From NCBI GenBank assembly GCA_003971905.1, contig RSEE01000019.1:682001-746000 (forward strand): a DNA stretch of 64,000 bases, read 5' to 3'. The notes under the pieces are model-generated. The model saw nothing but the letters and a program-made list of their open reading frames with translations, made no database searches and was not told the origin of the DNA. The translations under genes and the position numbers were made by a program. The stretch is from Moniliella sp. 'wahieum'. Its lineage: Eukaryota. Positions 1-12,786 of the stretch are shown here, piece after piece; position 1 is the stretch's first letter; each line of letters begins with the position of its first letter.

Positions 1-511
1 CCTCGCATCAGCCGTCGCCGCAGCCTCCACCGGTGATTCATCGCCGATCGCCTGCTGGTGCAGAGCTGCCGTGCCGCTCGCCGGAAAAAAGAGGAGGGCA
101 CTGCGCCAGCCTGGCAGTAGTGGGCCCTGCACGGCCGGACAACACAGGCGCCATGCTGTTCTTCCTCCCGCCGAGCCGAATAGCCCATCCGCACAGGGGC
201 AGTCTACGGCAGCTGAGTGCGACAACAGGGACGACTGCCCCTCTGCCCGCGCGGCTTCTTTCTGCGGGCCAGGCGGCCGGCGTGGCTGAGCGCTGACATG
301 CTGGACTTGGGATAGCACGCGTCGGTCGTCAGTACTCAGTAGCTGGGTGGAGCCTGAGACCTGCCTGACTAGTGTGACTGGCGTGCGGGAGCTGCCCCGA
401 CGCAAACGCACGGGGTGCCCTCCGTCTTTTCCCTTCCATCACCACCACCACCTCCCATCACCCCCTCCACCACCCCCTCCACCACCCCCTCCTCCTCGTC
501 CTCCCTCTCCC

Positions 512-3038
512 ATGTCGCATGCGCCAGCACCAGAGGCGTACGACGAGGGCTCGTACGACCCTTATGCCCACACTCTCTACGCAGACCATCCCCCCCCCGC
601 CAGCCATGCCGCCTCTTTCTCCGCCTCCAGCACCCCGCTCGACGCCCTGCAGCAGGTGCGGCTGCAGCAGCTGCATACCCGCAAGCGTTCTGGCTGGATC
701 GCCGATGCCGACATCGCCTCTCCCATTATGGGCTTCGAAACGTTGCGCGACCAAAAGGACGGCTCAGAGTCACCCCCCGAAAAGTGGGCAGATGGCCTGG
801 TTACCCTCCCTCGCAGACCGACTTGTCCAAAAAGGGCGTCAGCCCCGATGTTTCCACCTCCCTCCTATTCTCCCTCTCATTCCTATGGCGGTGTCTTCCT
901 TTCTCCGGGGCAATCCGTCTCTGGGTTGGGCATCCAGACAAATGCCTTGCCTGGTGCATCATCCAGCTGTCCAGCCCGTCGAGTGCAACCTGTGTTTCTT
1001 CCCCCTTCAAGGAAGGAGCCAGCGTGTTCGGATCTGCGTCACGGTACGGGATGGTAGACCCCAACATGCAAAACAACGCGCTCCTTTACAATGATCTCGC
1101 CGACCTGGATGATGACCTGCACCGCCTTGGCCCGGACGATGCCAAATATGCCAACAAGAACAAAGGGATCAGTGCTCGTGGTGTGGTCAACCTTGGCACC
1201 CTGATCGTCCTGATCCTTGGGTTACTGATGCTGTTTGCTGGCTACCCGATTCTTACCGCCTTCTCCACCAAGCACGACTCGCTGGGTGCCTATGGCCTAG
1301 GCGGGACCAACGGTTCAGGCCAAGTGTCCAGCATTCCGGGCGTCGCACCACCTTGATCGACCCCGACACGCCCCAGGAAGCCTACACTCGCCCCGCCGCC
1401 TTCGGCTCGGGCACGATGAACCTCGTCTTTTCGGACGAGTTCAACACCCCCGGCCGCAGCTTTACCCGGGCGATGATGCGTTTTGGGAAGCCGTGGACCT
1501 GCACTATTGGGCTACCAACAACTATGAATGGTACGACCCAGCGGCAGTTACCACGGCCAATGGTGCGCTGCAGCTGACGCTGAGCCAGCACCCGGAGCAC
1601 AACCTCAACTTCCGCGGCGGCATGATTCAAACGTGGAACAAGTTTTGCTTTACGGGTGGCGTGTTGGTCGTCAGTGTTCGTCTGCCGGGTAAGGCTAAGG
1701 TGGCTGGTCTCTGGCCTGCAGTGTGGCTTATGGGCAATCTGGGCCGCGCTGGTTACGGTGCGACCCTCGAGGGCACGTGGCCCTACAGCTACGTACGACG
1801 CGTGCGATGTGGGTACCTTGCCCAACCAGACCGACCCAGTGACGATGCTACCCGACACAACCGAGCTTGGAAATTGCGGTTTCAACCAAAAACACTTTAC
1901 CAAGTCGCTCTCTTTCCTCCCTGGCCAGCGTCTGTCAGCATGTACCTGCCCTGGCGATGACCATCCGGGACCGCAGTTCCCCAACGGATCCTATGCGGGC
2001 CGTATGGCCCCTGAGATTGATCTGTTCGAAGCTCAGGTTTCGTCCGATGGTATGACTGTCTCTCAGTCGGGGCAGTTTGCTCCTTACAAGTACGTTTTCC
2101 TTTTCTTTTTTGCTTCATACCTCTTGGAAGACTGACATTTTTTGGTGTGGTGGCAGTGCCTACTACCGCCCCATGGCCCCGCCCATGCTGCTCAACCCAA
2201 AGGCGATCGCCAACTCCTACACGGGAGAAATTACCCAGCAGAGCATGTCGGGCGTGACACCGACGGATCAGCAAGGTGTCCAGTACTTGCCCGACAACTC
2301 GACTGGTATTTTTACGGAGTACGCGGTCGAGTACCAAGCCGGCCACGGCGGGTACATCCAATGGGAAGCGAGCGGCCAGCCCGCGTGGCGTCTTACGCCC
2401 GAGCAATTGGCTCCCCCCGGTTCGCTCAAATTTCCGAACGCCCCATCCCGCCCGAACCAATGTACATCCTCGCCAATGTGGGCATCTCGCAAAACTTTGG
2501 CACGCCATCCTGGAACGAGCTCATGTGGCCGTCGACGATGGAAATCGACTTTGTGCGGGTGTACCAGCCGGCAGGCAAGACCAACATTGGTTGTGACCCG
2601 CCCGACTATCCCACCGCGGCCTATATCAATCGCCACCTTGAAGCGTACACCAACCCCAACTACACCCTCTGGGGCGGTGGCCAGGGCGGCTATGGCGCCG
2701 ACTGGCCCCGCAACCGGCTCAATCCGGGCGGCTGCAGCGCTACCGTGTCCAAGAACCCGGGCAGCCCCACCCGACCAGTGCCCAAGGCCCGCGCCTACCC
2801 CTCGTCTAAGATTGGCAACAACCAGCCCCAGTGCGATGTCTCGGCTTGGACAAGGGACACTCGCAACACTAAGTATGGCACCGATTTGCTTTCGTCTGCC
2901 CCTCCCCATCTCCTCATCTCCTCATTGCCCCATCTCCTCGTCGTCCTATCTCCCCATCTCGTCATTGCCCCATCTCCCCGTCTCCCCACTGATCCCCCCC
3001 ATCTTCCCAACATCTGCCCATCTGCCCATCTCCCGTAA
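512..3038 (+). CDS. KRE6: KRE6/SKN1-family beta-1,6-glucan synthesis-associated GH16 protein (type II membrane); frameshifted, intron ~2090-2156
   Basis: Fragments across frames: TM segment LGTLIVLILGLLMLFAGYP, LIDPDTP, LVFSDEFN, DLHYWATNNYEWYDP, QTWNKFCFTGG, GLWPAVWLMGNLGRAGYGATLEGTWPYSY, catalytic-type APEIDLFEAQ, DFVRVYQ, CDPPDYPT, AYTNPN. The 3' end is uncertain. Confidence 0.93.
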
Positions 3039-5786
3039 TATCTCATCTCCCTCATCCCGACTCTCCCACTTTCCTGCTGGAAAGGAGGGTCAGGTCATTT
3101 CAGGGCCGGGGTATATCTCGCCGTGCGAACCTTTGTTCGCCTCCTGCTCCGTTCTGTCGCTTTCGCGTTGTCATGGTCGTCCAATGTCGTGTTTCCCCCC
3201 TCCCCTCTGTGTGCTGCTTTCGTTGGCTGGTGAGGTCCTTCAAGTCTTCTCCCTCTCCACGGACCGCATGCCCACCCATTCTTATGGTCCTTGCCCCCTC
3301 TGTCTCCCCCATATCTCCCCCCTGGTCTGGTCCGTTCCCGCCAACGGCTACATGTGCATTCCTCCTCTCTAGCATCGCCTTCCTGCGCCAACGATCCTTT
3401 CGGTTGCGCGCTCTTCTAACGTGCATACGAACCAGGCATGGGAGCACACGAGAGGGAAGAGGGAAGAGGAAGTCCAGGGTATAGTATCTATAGTTCCCCT
3501 TCGGTCGCCTGTTGGCCACCATATACCCACCCCGGCACTACCGCGCCTTTCGTCCAGGTTCTGGTTGTGTGCGTGTCATATATCATACAGCGGCAACCGT
3601 ATTATCCCATTGCACGCAGCACAACCACCACACCAACCGTATTTTATAGTGCTTCAAGTGTCCTCGTCAGGACTCAGTATAGCCACAGTATACTCAGTTG
3701 GCGGCTCCTAAGTCCGCGCTCGTTACATTAACGTTCAGCGAATCATTCCAGGTAGAGTGCAGATCATCGGAGCTGGGAGAACGAGGCAGCTTGCCGAAGT
3801 AAGAGAGGCTCGTTTCTTTAGTTCTCCTCCTCGGGATACCTTTGCCAAGATAAGTCGTCCAGTATTTTTGAAGCACAGCGTACCAACACGCGTCACAACG
3901 CGCCGTACAAACGTGTGATGCTTGCACACAGGTGCGAGGGATCGGACATCACCCTATCACATTGCCCTGGCGAACACATGTTTCTGGGTGGTGCGGTAAT
4001 CGGTAACCGGTAACCGGTAACGCGGTAACGGGGCGTGGATCCAGACCCTGCGGCTGCTCAGTGGTACACTATAGTGCCTATAGTAACGACGAACTAAGAT
4101 ATAGGACAAGGCACCACACGCTTATTAGCTCTTCAGAATCTCATGTCCAACTGAAGCGAAGAGGCACTCTGCGGATGCGCTCCTTCGCCCTTCGCCATCC
4201 AACCACCTCGCCGGTCCTCCTGCCAACCCCACTGCAGGATCGCGTGGGGGCGGCTACCACCCACATTGTCGGCCCCCCACGTCGCGAGGAGCAGTGGTGG
4301 TGGTGCTCATCGATCATCCCAGGCTGAGGAGCGGCACAGAGGACAGGCAGGACGCCGCACGACAGGTACCTGTGTCAACAACGCCGCTGTGTCACGCATG
4401 TACCTGATCACCGACCACGCATCACGCATCCCCCTCCGTGCCCTATCCGCCTCTCCCCGATTTTCGCCGGTTGGATCTGGATCTGACGCGGACGGGCGCC
4501 TCTCCGCTCTGGTCATAGAACCATCATCGATCCACTGTCAACGTTCAACTTGAACGTTGTCAACATCATCCACAACAACTCTCTTTGTTACCATGTGCCC
4601 CAGAGCGGCGCAGGGCGGCGCCCCTCTGCTAGCACCATATGGGACCAATGCTCTCGGTTGGATCATCGATAAGAGGGTAGTATGATATTCTGGCCTATAG
4701 CTTACCCCCAAAGCTCGCATCGCCGTACACGTGTTGGTTGCTTCGTTGCTCACGCTCCCACATCACATGTCACAGCCGCTCACACCGAACACTCAGTACT
4801 CACACGCGCACAGCGCTCACACGTCCCTGGCCCTCTGCCACTTCTCCTGCCCACGGCCCCCTGGCTCTTGATGCACAGTAGTGTTGCGCGTGCTGTAGGA
4901 TAATGCGGTATCTCAGCTTGCTGGTGAACTTCACCGGTTGGGTGACGGAAAGAAGGAGGGTCATCCGGTCATTAATCACGCAACGGTAGGTCTGAAGCTT
5001 CTCAAGCCTTCTAAAGGGTGTGATCCACAATAGAAAAGCTAGGAGAGCAATTTAGGTCATATGCACTCAGTACTCAACATGCTGAATCCATGTTTTGCTC
5101 CCCCTGAGCCTGAGGCCTGAGGCTTTGGCCGAAGTTTCGGCTCTGTCCGAGCTGAGTGTTTTTGCAAAGGCCGAGCAGTCTGCCCGTTGGTCTGTACGAG
5201 TGTCCATATGTCAGGAAGCGGGCCGGGAGGCGGGAGGGCGGACGGACGGAGAGGGTGTGACGTGTGGGTGTGTGTGACGGGTGATGGGCGGGGGGGCAGT
5301 GCGCTGCGAGTGCTCTCACAGGATCTCAGATCTGCGTCTCTGCAGCCGGCCGTCGGGCGGCGCAGGGTGGCGCACCGGCTTGGAGGCGGGTCTCCCGCCA
5401 CTGCTAAGCCGGCTTGAGGAGGCTGCCGCACTGGGCCACTGCGCCAGCCCATTCGCCCTTCGCCTGCTGTCGGCGGCTCGCGGCTGGGCTGCTGCTGGCT
5501 GCTGCTGGGCTCCACCTCTCCGAGACCAGGACCCTGCAGCAGGTGCCTCAGGCACAGCCCACCAGCGCCCAGCGATGCGTCGGCACTCCAGGCACCCCCC
5601 CCCCCTCACTCTCCCCACTGCGCCCGTGTGCCACTGCCCCCAAGGCGAATGTATATAACGCTGGCCTCGCGAAGCGGCTCGCAAGAAAACTGGCTGCCAG
5701 TTGGGTTTGTTGGCCCGGTCTCCGTTCCATCCATCCATCCATCCCACCCACCTCCATCTCACACTCGCTTGCGCACCCCCCCGCAC

Positions 5787-7804
5787 ATGCAGACCGCCCC
5801 TCAACAGGCCAGCCGCAGCCGTACTGGCACTCCGGCCCCAACCCCGACCCCGACACCACCTCTACCCCCCTCACCCATCCAGCCTTTGGGGGGGGCGGAC
5901 AACCCGCCTCCAGCTGCATATCCTGCTGTGTGTCATTCGGACTGCCTCTCCATCCTCTCCAGCACCACACTATGTTGTTAACCCCCTACTTCTGCTTCTC
6001 TTCTCTTGTTGATGGCCAGGGGCCATACGCGTATGCCGCTTCGTCCTATGACACGCAACAGATGTACCAAAGCACACCGCATTATACCGTCCCCCCAATG
6101 ATGAGCCCGGTGAAACCGAGCAACACGTTCCGGTCCGGAAACCGAGGTTGCCCAAGATGACCACCATTTCTTCTCGATCGGGGCTACGGCAACAACCAAA
6201 AAGGCGGTCTGTATGGTGTCCCTGTGACCTTTGATGACGACCCAATCGGCTACATGAAGAGCAACCCCAAACACGTTGGTGCCTTTGCCATCCTTTTGCT
6301 CTTTCGGCGGTCTCATGGTGCTTGGCATCACGCTGGGTGAGATCCTGCCCAACAAGCGGCCGTCAAGGCCCGCTTGCCAACTGGAACCCTCAAGCTGCGC
6401 AAGATCTACCGTCGGAGGTGGATCCGCTGCCTTTTGGGACGCGAGCGACCCCAACAATAAGATCATTGGTGTCTCGCTGGGCGGCCACTTTTCCTGGAGC
6501 GGTGGATGAACGAGGACTGGTTTACTTCTACGCGCCAATGCACTTGACGAGTGGTCGTTTGTCGAGACGCTGGGCGCAGAAAAGGCCAAGGAGGTGCTGG
6601 AGGAACACTGGTCCACCTGTGTTGTGTTGAAAGCGACCTGGATCTCATGCAGGCCCATGGCATTATTACCATCTTCGGATCCCCTGGTTTCTGGACCCTC
6701 ATCCCGACGAAGGAACGAGCCGTATGTCAACTCGACCCAGCTTGTTCACCTCAACAAATCCTCGGTTGGCTCTACAAGCGCGGCATGCGCGCCTTGATTG
6801 ATGTGCATGCGATGCCTGGGTCTCAAGTAAGTCTTCTTCTTCCCTCCCCCCCACTCCTTATCTGCATACAGGGATTTGCTTGGTTTCGTCGTTGTCGTCG
6901 TTGGTTGAAACAGATCCGACTGACTCGCTCCTGTGTCTCGCACTTTTCAGTCGGGCGACCAGAGCAGCGGCCACATTGGCGCCTCTGACTGGTTCAACTC
7001 TACCAACCAAGCGCGTGGCCTGACGACGGTCAAAATCTCATCTCGTGGATTTCGACCAACCAGTTCCGATCGGTCACTCGGGTGTGTCGCCAGTGAACGA
7101 GCCGATTGGGGTGTCGTTGGGTAACCCAGAGCGAGTGCAGATTACCCAGCAATTTTACGAACAGGTCTACCTTTGCTCCTGGCCGCCAACTTGCCCATGT
7201 ACTTCCACATGCGTTTGTACCCGACCCCACCAGTTCTGGGCCCCCTTTGCGCGGGCAAGAACGCTTCCATGTTGGTCCTCAACGACAACCCCTACCCTGG
7301 CTACTTTCCCGCTCAATCCAACCAAACGTTGATGGACACGCGCGTGTGCCAGGACATCCTCCCGTCCCTCCACTTCCCGTTCCACCGCCAAGACCGAGGG
7401 TCCTCGCTAGCGGCCTGACCGACCCCGCGTGGAACGCACACTACTTTGCCACCCAGGCCGCCACGTACGCATGGCAGGCCGGCTGGTTCTTTTGGAACTG
7501 GCGCATGGAAAACTCGACCGTGCCAGCATGGGAGGGTCGAACGGCAGAGGCCGACCTAACCCAGATGCAATACTCTTTCCAATGGCTCGCCCAGACGGGC
7601 ATTGTCCCGCTCGCCAACCAGACCAGCCAGACGGGCACCCCGAACCAAGGCAAGGCCTACCTCGAAGCTCTGCCCAATGTGTGCGGCGCGATGCGCGACG
7701 TTACGTATGCCCCACCGGCGCCCCGGCGCAACCGTCCGCCCTGCACCCCTCGGCGCGCGCCTGCCACGGCCCATCACCGGCACCTGCGTGGGTTCACCAG
7801 CTAA
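5787..7804 (+). CDS. GH5 exo-beta-1,3-glucanase-like protein with N-terminal membrane anchor; frameshifted, with introns
   Basis: KIIGVSLGG, DEWSFVETLG...LEEHWST, LIDVHAMPGSQ followed by a GTAAGT intron donor near 6827, acid/base motif VNEP and C-terminal GWFFWNWRME. A hydrophobic segment GGLMVLGITLG precedes the domain. The start is approximate. Confidence 0.8.
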
Positions 7805-9005
7805 AACGGTCACGTTGGGCGTCTACTCTTACGGCACCGACCTGCCATGCCCAACTGGCGCTTTCGCGCCCACAGCGCTTCTCTCTCTCTCTTTCTCTCT
7901 AGTATATCTATCTATCGTTTTTTTCATGCCACACGTATTCCCTCTTTTGCCTCCCTTTTGCTGTGCTCGTCTCTCCTTCGTGTCCATGATCTTTTTCTGG
8001 CGGGATTTGGGGCTGTGCATGCATGCTCTTGCCTCGATCGAATATACGCCCATGCACACATCGGTTTACTACTCGGTGCCCGCGCTCGAGGTACACAGAC
8101 ACAGATTCACGGCGTGTGGTTTTCTTGGTCTTTGGTATGGACTTGAATGATTGGATCGTAACGCGGTAAAAGGTGGCACAACAAAGAAGGCCTACAAGGG
8201 TCGTGTGTCGAAGAGGTGTGGAGAGATCTACCATGATGCAGTCCCTTCCGGTCGTATATGCAGCAGTTCCAGACGTTTTCCACCGCTTGTTGCTCGTGAA
8301 CGCTGCCTGTTCAAGGTGGATTCAAGCTGTGCCCATGGGGGCACCGGCGGGGTAGAGATGCATACGCATAGAGGCTATATCTATCGCCCACAGTTGCTCA
8401 TAAGTAGTGGCATGTTTTGCCACGGTCTCTCCAACGCCCAGGCTCCGCCCTCTCCCTCTAATGGAGAGAAATTGCTTGGGCTTATATATGCTGCAGTCTC
8501 TGTCCTGCGCCCATTAGAACGATGGGCTGGATGTGGTCTGCCTCCTGCTCGTGCATCTATGGCGAGGTTATGGTTCTCATATGAAGGCCCAAATGGATCA
8601 TAAAGCGATGAGGGGGACAGGGGGATGGCGTACAAGGACCGCGGCAGGCCCGCACCTCTTCTCCAATGGTGTGCAGGCGCGGTCCTCGGTGGCCTGCTGT
8701 GGGGAAAAGAGGCAGAAGAAGAACAATAGCAACCGTACGCATCGTTCTCCCTCCAAAGCGCGCCAATCTGGTACAACAGAGACGGCCCGGAAGGAAGGAA
8801 CGGATGGGGGGGGGCGGGGAAGGGATGAAAGGACGCAATGTGGTGCATGTGGTGCATGTGGTGATTGCGTTGCCATATGGGAAAGCAAGTAACGCCCAAA
8901 AAGAGAGTAACGCCCAAAAAGTGTGTTGAGAGAGTTCAGAACAAGCAGGAGCAGAAGCAAAAGGATGATGCATAGGAAAACAGCAGTAGCGAGTGTGATC
9001 CCAGA

Positions 9006-11981
9006 TCACAGCTCGTCCAGCCCAATCTTGCCCTCGTCCACGTACGGCGGACGCGCATGCGGGTAGTTGCGGGCCCAAGCTGGCACCACGCTAGCGTTGA
9101 ACTCGCCTTCTTTAAAGACGACCGCCATACCACTGCATGCAGCAAAGAGAAGAGGGGAAGGGAGGGGGTAGGAGTCAGCAAACACCATACCACAAGAATC
9201 AGAATCTCTTTCTGGCGCAGGAGCATGATATAGGGCCCCAATCCAACAACAACAACGTACCTCTGATGGTGGGCGATCAGGTGGCAGTGCATGAGAGTCG
9301 CCCCGGGCTTGACCACATAGTGGCGTGTGACAGCGTAGCCTCCCACGGGCACCATCCACGAATCGCGCTTGGGCGGGTTAACCAGGTTGACGCCCGATTG
9401 GTTCCGGTCCGCCGCCGCGGCCGGCACGTCGGCCCAGGTAAACCGTTTGCCCCGCTCATACGCCAAGACCCAGACGGGGTTCTGGTGCTTGTGGATGGGG
9501 TGGGCAACGTCGGCAAAGTCGCCGTTGCCCAAGTCTTCAAAGATAATGTCCACCACCTTGCCCACCTCGACGTTGAGAATGGTCGGCTTGGGGTCGCGAG
9601 CTGGGTCGTGGCGCTGATAGAGGATCGGGGTGGCTTGGTAATTGAGACTGTTGAACGGGACCTGGTTCAAGGCCCAGCTCACCGCGTTGGTCTCATTGAT
9701 CGTCACACGGAACGTGTAATCAGCCTTGCCCTGGGGCGGCGCATGCGACGGGAACGGAGCCAGCGCAGCGTCCGACTGCGCCTTGGCGCCATTCAACAGC
9801 GCCCCATTGTAGCCCAGCCAGATCTTGGCCTGGCCCTGGGGCGGCAACGAGTTGGTCACGGGGCCATCGGCCGCGGTCCAGCCATTGGACCACTTGGCCG
9901 GCGCCTGCGGCAGCGCATTGACACTACCGTCGTTGCTCTTGACGTAGGGCTGGACCGACATGGCCGGGTTGGACACAGCCACCGCAGGGTAGTCCAACTC
10001 TGCGCCCTCGGCACCGGGAAATTGGTTAATCACCTTACCGCCCCGGGCCCGTTTTTGCTGGGGCGACGCTGGGAAGCATCGCCGGCTTGCTGAGCATTGT
10101 GAGACGGAGAAGGCGTAGGGGCGGGAGGTGGGTTGCCCTTAGAGGGAGGTGGGCCGCCCTTCGAGCCCGGATGGCCCGATGGCTTTTGGACGGTTTGGGC
10201 GGTGGGTGGGCATGACCCCCGTTGTGGCTGGCGCTCGGGTTCGGGCTCGGGGGCGCTCCGCCTCCATGGCTCGTCACATCCACGTCAAACACGGCGTAAC
10301 CCGAGGCGATTTGCTCGCGCGAATGGCACAGCGCAGCACGGATGGTGTACTGGCCCTTGGGCTGGTCCAAGCGAACCAGAACGGTTTGGCGCATGCCAAT
10401 CGACAGGTCGACCACTTGCACCTCCTGAGGCTGGACAAAGGGTCCGTCGGATGCCACCACGTATTGCGTGTGTCTAGTCGCGGCCGAAGAAGAGAACGAA
10501 TGGGGGTTCAGTTTGGTCCTGGTCGTCGGGGACACACAAGCCAAGGAAGAACGACGTACCCATCAATGCTAAAGCACAGCTCATGCTGCGACGCCGTGTT
10601 GACCAAATGGAACGCCGCCCACTTTCCGTCGGCGGAGGCGTACTTGGACGCCGGGTACACGCCGTAGGCCGAGGTGGTGCTGGTGCATTCGCGCGGATTG
10701 ACGGGACAGGCGTATGGCACAAAGCCAGCGCGGGGGGGATGCACCCAGTCGGATCAAGTTTCGAACCGTCGTAGCCTTCGATCCCAGTCTTGGCTTGGGC
10801 AGCAAGGAAGCCGGCGGACGGGCATTGCATCCGGCCTTGCGAGTTGATCAAGACCGAGTCGACGCAGTACGGGTCTTGGCCTGTATAACGGTACCGAATC
10901 AGCGCCGAATCCACCGTCTCGTGTCGCCAGTCGTGCAGTTGAAGCACGCCCGCTCGACGGTACGCTTGCTCCATTGAGACTTGGTCGGCTTGGCTGCTGC
11001 TGATCTCTTTCCATGGACCTTGGGTGCTGGCACGCGGGTGAATCACAATCGAGCCACGCGCTCCGTCGGCATATCTCACATGGTATACATGTCAGCACCG
11101 TCCACCATCAAGAGAGAACCCACTATGGGTTTAGGACGACAGAAGATCACCACAGACGCCTCATCGCTGACATGCCGAGGGAGAAGACGAGTGTGGGAGG
11201 ACGGAAGGGTAGGGGATAGATATGTATATACGTACGTTCCACGCGCGTGCGAGTGGTACCAAAACGCGCCATACTGATGCGCTTGCCACGTATACGTGTA
11301 GTTGCCATAGGGAACAATGTTCCACTATACATAGCGTGGGGGGGGCATGGCAGACAACAGAAAACAGAGGGGGAAAACAAGTCAGCTTCTTCAGTATATA
11401 TACTTTACCTGGATGCACAGGGCCTCCGTTGGGTGCATGCGTAGGGTATTGGGATATCAGGGTAGGAAAAGGCGTACCTGAGTCACTCCTGGGACACCGT
11501 CATTGAAGGGCTTGAGCTCGATGCCGTGGAAGTGAAGGGTCATCTGGGATGGGTTGGAGTTGAAGGCATGAATGGTCACCGTGTCGCCCTCGGTGATCTC
11601 GATGGTCGGACCGGGGGTCTTGCCATTGATGGTGTCGGTCATGCGCCAGTATCCATCGGGGGCGAGCCAGCGCGGTTCCAGGACAAGGTTGTACTCGTGG
11701 GTGTGGCTGCCATCGGCGTTGGCCTTGACGGTGTGGAAGGGCCCAGAGGGATGGAGCAGGTCGGAGCGGGGACCAAAGAGCGTGTGGTCAATGGCGCGGA
11801 AGGCACGGGGGTGAGGGAGGCTGTTGCCGGCACGGGCGACAGGGGCGGCGGGAGCATGGTGGTGGCGGGCGTCGTGGTGTTTTCGATGGGACGCAGTGGC
11901 ATAGGGCAGGGTGGATAAAGCAGCCAGACCAGAGAGCAAGGCAAGGGCCTGGCTGGGGGTGGAGAAGAGGCCGAAATGCAT
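9006..11981 (-). CDS. Secreted multicopper oxidase (laccase-like, AA1), several introns
   Basis: Signal peptide, TINGKTPGPTIEITEGD, and copper motifs LHFHG, FWYHSH (~11250-11270), HPIHKH and MHCHLIAHHQ, followed by an intron and SGMAVVF. Confidence 0.92.
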
Positions 11982-12786
11982 AACGGCAGATAACGAGTGC
12001 ACACCGAGAGCAGCGCGGGGTCCGCAAAGGAGATGCAGTATGTGATGGGGGGGGATGGCTAGCAGAGGGAGAGTGGCGTCGAGGGCTGCGTGGTTGGGGT
12101 AGGGATGAGAGAGGGAGATGGGTGGGGGGGGGGAGGAGAGGATAAGGCGGGGGGGGAAGAGGAACGAGAGGGGGGATGTTTATATACGCCTGCAGGGGTC
12201 TACTATGAATGTGTGGTAGCAGGGAGGGGGGCATGCGATGCAGGGGGTGGCTGCTGCGCCACACATGCAAGCAGCATGTAGCGTAGTGTGTGCTGCAGAT
12301 GGCATGCCGACATCCTGCAGCTGCAAGGGGATGGTTTATCTCCCTTGCAGGACACCACCCTGCGGCTGGGGAATAGGCACGGAGAAGGCCAGACGCATGC
12401 ACTGCGTCGCATGCGTCTCGGCTGCGACGCAAGGATCTGCAGGGCACAATCGGACTTAGCTCTCGGCGTGCACTCGTGTGGTAGGCCCTTGCGCTCTCTC
12501 ATGCATGCAAACGCACACCCGTTGCCCTGCAGTATATTAGGCGCATATCCGCCAGCGCGCGCGATGCCCACCGCCGCGCTTGCGGTTGGCCGTCAGGATG
12601 GGAAGAGGCGCAGACCCCAGCAGGATCTCCGCAGCAAAGGGGCTGCTGCGCGCGGTGGATAGGCGCTGTAAACGATAACCTCTGGGCTGTCCAGAGAGGG
12701 CGGAATGCGGGGTGCGGAAGGCGCGGCTGGTGGCACTGCCTGGCACATGTGGCGGGGGTGGTGCGGGGCAGCGTGATCGCGGACGG

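Noticed and set aside
9137..10093. Long antisense ORFs (also 14176-15318, 28954-30054, 44770-45786, 51655-52644)
   Set aside because: They are shadows of real genes on the opposite strand in GC-rich DNA and contain no motifs of their own.
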